Shown here: piece by piece, positions 45,656 through 50,539 of the stretch
Layout of the letters: every line of letters starts with the position of its first letter
Numbering within the stretch: the stretch's first letter is position 1
Virus record (IMG/VR): IMGVR_UViG_3300016644_000039
Span: 1 to 50,539 of that record
DNA: 50,539 nucleotides
Reading direction: 5' to 3' (one strand)
Source of the DNA: a virus
Taxonomy: Duplodnaviria; Caudoviricetes
Notes under the pieces: model-generated
Seen by the model: the letters and a program-made list of their open reading frames with translations, nothing else
Database searches by the model: none
What the model was told of the DNA's origin: nothing
Translations under genes and position numbers: made by a program

Positions 45656-46243
45656 TCACTTCTTTAGGGCGTTAGCTAGTGCCTTACCGAATCCCGTCTT
45701 AGGGGTTTTCGGCACCTCGACTTTGTACTTTCGCTTGACCGGCCCGTGGGCCTTGGCCTCGGCGATCAGGGCGTCGAGCTCGTGCTCTTTGCGGTCCCAG
45801 AAAGCCCGGATGGCCTCGTTCTTCTCGACCCACGGCATGTCGCCCTTGGTGGCCAGGTACTGCTCGCGCTCGCGGTTCCAGACCTCGTACTGGCGCTTGA
45901 GCGTCTTGGCCTGCACATCCTTGGGCTGCTTCTTGCCGGTCATCAGCTCCTCGAGTTCCAGGACCTTGCGATCCCGCTTCCTCTTGGCGGCCATGTACTC
46001 GCGCTGGTAGTCGTTCTTGCCGCCGCGTTTGAATTCCGCAACGGCGATCAGGTTCTCCATCGCTGTGACGTTCTGCCGACCAATAACCAGTAGCTCGTTC
46101 AGAACTTCTGCGTCTTCCTTAAATGGAAGTGCGCGTGGTTTCTCAACAGTGTTGCGCAACTTCTTGATGTGATGGTGGAAATAGGAGGAGTCCACCAGGA
46201 ACTGAACCGCTTGCCGGGCTCGCGCCGCGTCGTACCGGATCAT
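45656..46243 (-). CDS. hypothetical basic protein
   Basis: ORF track; coding-like codon bias. Confidence 0.7.
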   Translation of the reverse strand: MIRYDAARARQAVQFLVDSSYFHHHIKKLRNTVEKPRALPFKEDAEVLNELLVIGRQNVTAMENLIAVAEFKRGGKNDYQREYMAAKRKRDRKVLELEELMTGKKQPKDVQAKTLKRQYEVWNREREQYLATKGDMPWVEKNEAIRAFWDRKEHELDALIAEAKAHGPVKRKYKVEVPKTPKTGFGKALANALKK

Positions 46244-46308
46244 GTATTAGCCTGTGCCGTCGTGTAAGCAACCTCCGCAGGCTACACCGTGTTGACTCCT
46301 CCTTCAAG

Positions 46309-48270
46309 TTACTTCGCTTCGCCGTAGCAATCTGCGATGTCACCTTCACTCCATGTCACAAGTTCCGGCCACCAACTGACACCCGCACGCATGATGCCTT
46401 GCAGCGTATCGAGGTGCTCCTGTGCCTGCTTTTCAGGCACTACGTACACCAGCTCGTCGTGCACCATGAGTGCTGGGCGTAGGCCGGTCTGCTTGAAGAA
46501 CTTCACGGCATGCTCGGCGATCACGTCGCGGGCAAGCGCCTGCACCAGGTTCTCCACGCCCTTGCCGGCGTAGATGCGTGCGCGGCTGCGGCCGTTGCCG
46601 TACCACCATTCGGCCTTGCCCTTCTCGTCGGTCTGGCGCACCAGGTCCGGGTAGTAGATGCGGCGTCCGCTGGGCAGACGCACAGCCTCGTGCTCGGTGA
46701 TGCAGTGGCCCCACGGGTCGATGGCTTCCTCGGTGCCTTGCTTGATGGCGCGCAGACAGTCCTGGAACCTGCGCCAGCCGTTGGCGATCTCGCCGTGGGC
46801 CTCGCGGTAGGTCGTCACCACCCGAGTGGCTTCGTCCAGGTCCATGTCCACACCGCCCATCAGCTTGGCGACCTTCTGGAACGTAGCACCGCCTGCGCCG
46901 AACCCCAGCCCCAGATGTGCAACCTTGCCGACTTGCCTCTGTTCTTTAGAGACTTGTGCCTCTTCAATTCCGTACAGATCGTTCGCAGCAAAGTACTTGT
47001 ACAGGTCTGCCTTATCAGGGCTGGCCGCAAAGAGTTCCATCGCATAGGGCACCTTCCAGAGAAACATGTTGACGCGCAGCTCGATGCCGGACAGGTCAGC
47101 CACGATGACCTTGTGCCCGACAGGCGCCTTGAGAGACATGCGCAGCGCGTCCGACGGTCTCGGCTTGGGGCCGATGCGCGGCAGGTTCTGCATGTTGTAC
47201 TGCTCACCAGACCAGCGGCCAGTGGTGTCCGCCCCTGCGTACTTGAGCGGAACGGGCAGCTTGCCGTCGCACGCATCAGCAGCTCGCAGGAACGCCTCGA
47301 GGCGGGTCTCCAGCAGCGTGGACTTGACCTCAAGACGGGCGCGGGCAGCAGCGGCTACGAGCGGGTTGCTGTGGTTCTGGAGCGCGATGAACTCGTCGTC
47401 GGTCTTGGCCAGGGCTGCGGTCGGCTTGCCCGTGGTCTTGCTGATCTTCGTCGGCGTCTCGACCCCCAGCTCGTTCAAGAGCTGGCCGAACTTGGCGGAG
47501 CTGGCGAGCATGGCCCGCACGTCTTCCTCGAGGTCCGGCTGGTTGAGCCCGAGCGCGTCCGCAGCTTCGTGTGCGGTGTCCAGCCCCAGCGTTTTGGCCA
47601 GGTCCAGCAGCGACTGCTTCTTCTCGGCCTTCACGTCCTCGAGCGCTTTGTCCACCAGGCTGTAGCTCAGGATGAACTTGGGCTCCACCAGCATGCGCGT
47701 CGTCATGTCGATGAGCAGCATCTCCTGCTTGGGGAAGCTCGGGTACAGCTTCTTGAAAATCTCGTAGCACAGCTCGGTGTCGACCTTGTTGTACTCGGTC
47801 ATCGCAGCTATCTCTTCGGGTGTGAAGTCACACAGGTGCTTGCCCTTGGTGTTGGTCGCCTCGAGGTCGAGCTTCTTGCCCACGCCCAGTTCGGCAGCCA
47901 GCTTCTTAAGGGATACGCCAGTGAGGAACTTGCCCCCGACGTTGACGCCCGTCTTGCTGTACTGCGAGCGGGCCATCGCTGCGGTACATCCATACATCTT
48001 GGGGCGCACTCCCATGCGCCAGGCCAGAATCATCGAGTCGAACCCCGACATGTTGTGGCCGACTGCCATCGCGTCCGACCAGTCGATGGATTGCAGGTAC
48101 TCGCGTATCGTCTCCTCCCCGAAGAGCACGTAGGTCGGCTCACTGCCGATCTTGATGGAGACCGACTGAATCTCCGTCTCGGGGTGCATGATGTACTCGG
48201 TCGGAGACATCTTGCTCAGGGTGTGGTTCGAGTCCCAGTAGGTCTCGAAGTCCAGGAATATCGCTTGCAT
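46309..48270 (-). CDS. DNA polymerase family A with 3'-5' exonuclease
   Basis: LDFET, HNMSGFD, TTGRWS, DLSGIELR, KVAHLGLGFG, VHDE. Confidence 0.93.
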   Translation of the reverse strand: MQAIFLDFETYWDSNHTLSKMSPTEYIMHPETEIQSVSIKIGSEPTYVLFGEETIREYLQSIDWSDAMAVGHNMSGFDSMILAWRMGVRPKMYGCTAAMARSQYSKTGVNVGGKFLTGVSLKKLAAELGVGKKLDLEATNTKGKHLCDFTPEEIAAMTEYNKVDTELCYEIFKKLYPSFPKQEMLLIDMTTRMLVEPKFILSYSLVDKALEDVKAEKKQSLLDLAKTLGLDTAHEAADALGLNQPDLEEDVRAMLASSAKFGQLLNELGVETPTKISKTTGKPTAALAKTDDEFIALQNHSNPLVAAAARARLEVKSTLLETRLEAFLRAADACDGKLPVPLKYAGADTTGRWSGEQYNMQNLPRIGPKPRPSDALRMSLKAPVGHKVIVADLSGIELRVNMFLWKVPYAMELFAASPDKADLYKYFAANDLYGIEEAQVSKEQRQVGKVAHLGLGFGAGGATFQKVAKLMGGVDMDLDEATRVVTTYREAHGEIANGWRRFQDCLRAIKQGTEEAIDPWGHCITEHEAVRLPSGRRIYYPDLVRQTDEKGKAEWWYGNGRSRARIYAGKGVENLVQALARDVIAEHAVKFFKQTGLRPALMVHDELVYVVPEKQAQEHLDTLQGIMRAGVSWWPELVTWSEGDIADCYGEAK

Positions 48271-48707
48271 CAGTAGAGTCCTTCCAGGTCGGGCGGCGCG
48301 TACTTAGGACCCTTGGCGATCTTTCCGTGCTCGTTGAAGATGGGGTGACCTTCGTCATCGAACTTGCTCCAGTTGGATGTGTTCACACGCTCGATAGCTT
48401 CCGCGCCGTCCATGCCAGCGCAGTGCGCAGCACCGATGCCAGTCACTACCTGATCGGCGATGGAGTCGAGGAAGTCCTTACGGCCATGAATCTTAGCCTT
48501 GCCTGCGCCGCTCTTGAGTCGCTCGGCCAGGCGCAGCAACGCCTTGTGCGCCACACTCGCTTCGCGTGCGGACTCGAAGTCGAACGCCAGCGCGTCGAAC
48601 ATCTCGCACACCTCCTCGAAGTGGCACCCGAGCTGCACGTTGAAGTGCTCCTCGGTAGGTTGGGGGCGGGCACGAACGTGCCACAGGTCTATGCTTTCGA
48701 CGGTCAT
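48270..48707 (-). CDS. MazG-like nucleotide pyrophosphohydrolase
   Basis: EEVCE, DSIAD, VNTSNWSK, GKIAKGPKY. Confidence 0.75.
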   Translation of the reverse strand: MTVESIDLWHVRARPQPTEEHFNVQLGCHFEEVCEMFDALAFDFESAREASVAHKALLRLAERLKSGAGKAKIHGRKDFLDSIADQVVTGIGAAHCAGMDGAEAIERVNTSNWSKFDDEGHPIFNEHGKIAKGPKYAPPDLEGLY

Positions 48708-49028
48708 TTACTGCTCCAATGCGTTGATGGCCATGATCCGAGCGATCACGTCCGTTACCTTCTCGTCGTCCTTGACGATGTAGATTTCGTGTTGCCAGTC
48801 GCTGTGATGCGACTTGGTGGGTCGGTATTGAGACATCTTCACGAGCTTGCCGTTCGCGCACTTGATGACGGTGAACTGCATCTGCGGCATGTTGATGTCG
48901 GTGGGGTCGTTGCGGGCGACCTCTGGGGTAGCGATGGCCGCGCCGAAGCTGTCGCTGTCCTTGGCGGTCTTGGCTGCCTTGAGCGCGTTGTGTATGAAGC
49001 GCCCGATCTTCACGGTGAGCCAGCTCAT
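48708..49028 (-). CDS. hypothetical protein
   Basis: GGAGG SD; ATGA overlap. Confidence 0.7.
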   Translation of the reverse strand: MSWLTVKIGRFIHNALKAAKTAKDSDSFGAAIATPEVARNDPTDINMPQMQFTVIKCANGKLVKMSQYRPTKSHHSDWQHEIYIVKDDEKVTDVIARIMAINALEQ

Positions 49029-49321
49029 GCCTTGTCCTCCAGCCTGAACGCCACGATCTGCGCGGCGATGATTTCGTTGACCTCGGTGATGGACGAGGCG
49101 ATGTGCGTCTCGTACTCGTAGCCTTCGCGGGTGCCGATGCTGACCACATAGCCGTTGGTCACTTGCAGCACTTCGATGTTCCCGTGGAACACCTTCTTGT
49201 TGTGGCTGTACGTCTTCGCCACCTTGGCGGCCACGCCATGCCCAACTGCCTGGCCGAGCGCGGTGCCCTGCGCGGCGTTAGCCAGTCCTGCCCCGAACAT
49301 GCTGTGTAGTAGGTCACCCAT
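49025..49321 (-). CDS. hypothetical protein
   Basis: AAGGAG SD; overlapping gene chain. Confidence 0.7.
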   Translation of the reverse strand: MGDLLHSMFGAGLANAAQGTALGQAVGHGVAAKVAKTYSHNKKVFHGNIEVLQVTNGYVVSIGTREGYEYETHIASSITEVNEIIAAQIVAFRLEDKA

Positions 49322-49583
49322 TGAGTCGCTCCTTCAGGTGGTCAACGACTAACGTCGCGTAGCCGGAGATGTCGTGCCACGAGTCGATGTAATCGGGGTC
49401 ACCGTTCACGATGCGAGCGATCTTGTGGCAGATCATGTCCAGCGCTTCCTTGTGCACGGCGGTGAACGTGTCGTCCATGCGAGCGCGTATGGCGTCCTTC
49501 AGTTCTTGGCAAAGCGCCGCGTTGTCCTCGAAGGTGCCGTAGCGGCCGCCGCGCTCCGCGAGCGTGTTCTGAATGTCAGTCAT
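49314..49583 (-). CDS. DUF6378-like protein
   Basis: LAERGGRYG..HKIARI..DSWHDISGYA. Confidence 0.75.
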   Translation of the reverse strand: MTDIQNTLAERGGRYGTFEDNAALCQELKDAIRARMDDTFTAVHKEALDMICHKIARIVNGDPDYIDSWHDISGYATLVVDHLKERLNG

Positions 49584-49806
49584 TGCGTTTTCCTGTTCTC
49601 GGGTTGAGGTTCATTGCTTCCATCAGCTTGAACACCTTGGTCTCGATGCGAGCCAGGCGCTTGCCGGTGGGTTGGTCTTGGGCGAACTCGAGGCGCTCGA
49701 GGTCTTCGGCGTCCATGCGAGTGGGCAGACCCATGTGCTGCTGGATGCGGGCGATTCGGGTCTCGATGCGAATGAGGCGTGCTGTGAATTCGTCGTTGTC
49801 GGTCAT
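49576..49806 (-). CDS. hypothetical protein with duplicated RL.RIET motif
   Basis: AAGGGA SD; RLIRIETR / RLARIETK. Confidence 0.7.
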   Translation of the reverse strand: MTDNDEFTARLIRIETRIARIQQHMGLPTRMDAEDLERLEFAQDQPTGKRLARIETKVFKLMEAMNLNPRTGKRND

Positions 49807-50282
49807 GTCCCTTCCTTGTTACTAACGATTGGTGTCACCAGGCGTAGCTCATGCTCACGACGTACTAACTCTGTAGCACGTTCGATGTCCTTGACTACAC
49901 ACAGGTCGAGTTGAGCGTCATGGAGTTCCATGACGGTGTTGAGTGCGGCCATCTCCGGGGCACGTAGTATGAACCGGTTGTTAGCTGCTCCCCTAGTCCC
50001 CACGGCACGCAAGGCTTCAAGTCCCTCTTTCACAACATCGCCGTACTGACGGCCGAAGCCCATGCGGTACAGTGCCTCGGTGACGTTCAACGATGCGATC
50101 AGCGTGTCGATGTCGGCCCGAGTGGCCCGGCCTTGGGTGAGGGCGGCGAGCGCCGCGTGGTTCTTGATCTTGAGGGTCATGAGGATTCCGCCGTGCTGAG
50201 CGATGGGGGTGAGGCTTTCCTTGACGTACGCCATGGTGTCCAGGCGTACGCCCTTGGGGCGGTACTTGCTGCGTTTTCTCAT
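49803..50282 (-). CDS. hypothetical protein (MRKRSKYRPKG...)
   Basis: ATGA overlaps at both ends. Confidence 0.7.
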   Translation of the reverse strand: MRKRSKYRPKGVRLDTMAYVKESLTPIAQHGGILMTLKIKNHAALAALTQGRATRADIDTLIASLNVTEALYRMGFGRQYGDVVKEGLEALRAVGTRGAANNRFILRAPEMAALNTVMELHDAQLDLCVVKDIERATELVRREHELRLVTPIVSNKEGT

Positions 50283-50419
50283 CGGCTGTTGACGTACTTG
50301 ACCCAGCACTTGGCGCAGAACCACTTGTTGCGCATGTCGACGCCGCCCGTGGCCTCTGCGTTGCTGCCGCACTTGTCGCAGACCTTAAGGGGCTGCGAAC
50401 GCCGTTGTTTCTCCTCCAT
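50279..50419 (-). CDS. small zinc-finger protein (46 aa)
   Basis: CDKC...CAKC. Confidence 0.6.
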   Translation of the reverse strand: MEEKQRRSQPLKVCDKCGSNAEATGGVDMRNKWFCAKCWVKYVNSR

Positions 50420-50537
50420 CGTTTCGGGGCGAGAGCTTCTCGAAGGCGTTGGCTGTGTTCTGGAATTCATCGAGTATCTGTGGGTTGGTTACGGCGAGCC
50501 AGTTCATGAACTGGATGAGCTTGGCGTTGACGTTGGA
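50385..50537 (-). CDS. partial hypothetical protein (5' end outside the window)
   Basis: Open frame ...NAKLIQFMNWLAVTNP...AAP*. Confidence 0.5.
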   Translation of the reverse strand, partial: SNVNAKLIQFMNWLAVTNPQILDEFQNTANAFEKLSPRNDGGETTAFAAP

Positions 50538-50539
50538 GA

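Noticed and set aside
3487-48276. Long antisense ORFs (e.g. 3487..5112, 5199..7040, 27025..28935, 30854..32995, 42472..44805, 46510..48276)
   Set aside because: Shadow ORFs expected opposite GC3-rich genes; no RBS or recognisable motifs
1-50539. Window is a complete circle (ATG at 1-3 on the minus strand joining the partial ORF at the right end)
   Set aside because: Joining the ends puts that ATG in a different frame that stops after 12 codons, and no terminal repeat was seen, so some sequence is missing

Overview
This window is most of the genome of a GC-rich temperate podovirus-like tailed phage, probably infecting a proteobacterium. The integrase sits beside an intact attP-like site, so this looks like the excised or virion form rather than an integrated prophage. 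Layout: leftward early genes and a control/origin region (1-2900); a rightward late operon (2900-36400) with terminase, portal, scaffold, capsid, adaptors, two tail fibres, an expanded lysis/envelope cassette, nozzle, a P22-like ejection cluster and a 2255-aa polyvalent protein; attP and a tyrosine integrase (36400-37600); and a leftward replication block (37500-50539) with Xis, primase-helicase, SSB, SNF2 helicase, nucleases, family A polymerase and a MazG-like gene. The most unusual features are: (i) two +1-frame small genes with their own ribosome-binding sites nested in the linkers of the giant ejection protein, which also carries a sigma70 region-4-like HTH and an HExxH peptidase; (ii) five extra envelope-targeted genes inside the lysis cassette; (iii) a roughly 450-nt structured early leader containing an rrn-type boxA; and (iv) a symmetric AGACA/IHF origin-like region. 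All product calls come from motif recognition and synteny by eye; no database searches were run.
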